DNA of 64,000 nt from Gemmatimonadaceae bacterium (GTDB lineage: Bacteria; Gemmatimonadota; Gemmatimonadetes; Gemmatimonadales; Gemmatimonadaceae). Positions 63,810 to 64,000 of the stretch are shown here, piece after piece. The position numbers and the translations under genes are program-made. Under the pieces are notes generated by a model. The model ran no database searches. It worked only from the letters and a program-made list of their open reading frames with translations, and was not told the origin of the DNA. Location: positions 20,602-84,601 of the forward strand of contig JBJKRG010000248.1 of the NCBI GenBank assembly GCA_046704805.1, written 5' to 3'. Position 1 is the first letter of the stretch. Each line of letters begins with the position of its first letter.

Positions 63810-64000
63810 ATGCTTGCGTTTCTTGACTCATTCTGCCAGGTCCTCTGCGCGCGCGACGGCGACGCGATCCATCGGGCGCTCCGCCATCCGCTGGCCGGCG
63901 TTCTGCCCGCGGGCGTGCGCAGCGAGGCGCTCGCCATAGCCCGTGCGGGGTCTCGGGGACATCTCGCCCCGACGCGCACCTTTCATTTCTACTATCAGAC
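63810..64000 (+). CDS. 5' part of an unidentified ORF running off the window
   Basis: ATG at 63810, open to the end of the window, with high GC3 after the first codons. The antisense ORF 63776..63979 looks like a shadow ORF. Confidence 0.3.
   Translation, partial: MLAFLDSFCQVLCARDGDAIHRALRHPLAGVLPAGVRSEALAIARAGSRGHLAPTRTFHFYYQ

Noticed and set aside
63776-63979. Minus-strand 67-aa ORF at the window end.
   Set aside because: Arg/Ala/Ser-rich with no start context. The plus-strand frame from 63810 has better codon bias and sits behind a promoter-like element, so the minus-strand ORF is treated as a shadow ORF.

Overview
GC-rich bacterial chromosomal window (G/C dominates third codon positions, so long antisense shadow ORFs are common). 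The taxon cannot be fixed from sequence alone. All calls come from reading the translated ORFs for motifs and from hand-checked hairpins; no homology search was run. Start codons were re-picked inside the supplied ORFs.

Layout:
- 0.1-12.9 kb: housekeeping and envelope genes. MBL hydrolase, APC permease, a GntR regulator with a stomatin-like SPFH protein, a convergent YdjI-like SPFH operon with two DUF4178 genes, a large sortilin/BNR propeller, and a formamidase with an outer-membrane barrel.
- 12.9-15.3 kb: aroF, chorismate mutase and tyrA, preceded by a Tyr-Tyr-Tyr-Tyr leader ORF and a terminator hairpin.
- 16.2-23.1 kb: tRNA-Cys, an MFS transporter, an Lrp regulator, and both type III and type I glutamine synthetases.
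- 25.2-28.0 kb: an acidic/basic histone-H1-like protein followed by a cassette of MerR-like, small ORF, RepA-like, small ORF.
- 28.0-29.6 kb: S41 peptidase.
- 30-60.5 kb: a large exopolysaccharide locus. The minus arm (39.2-58.1 kb) carries a Wzc-type tyrosine autokinase, 11 glycosyltransferases, 3 methyltransferases, a Wzy-like polymerase and one orphan ORF. Thirteen consecutive 4-nt start/stop overlaps join them. A short Wza/OPX gene sits at 59.9 kb.
- 60.6-64 kb: MBL hydrolase, a desaturase, YggX and an NrtR-like Nudix regulator.

The most interesting content is on the plus arm of the EPS locus (30.0-39.2 kb). After fcl and a WecA-like priming transferase comes a lasso-peptide-type RiPP module:
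- a PqqD/RRE protein;
- an Asn-synthetase-like cyclase that lacks the Cys nucleophile;
- a 67-aa precursor whose leader fits YxxPxLx3Gx5Tx exactly;
- an HprK-like kinase;
- an NTP_transf_5-like protein;
- an ABC exporter.

No B2 leader peptidase is visible anywhere in the window.
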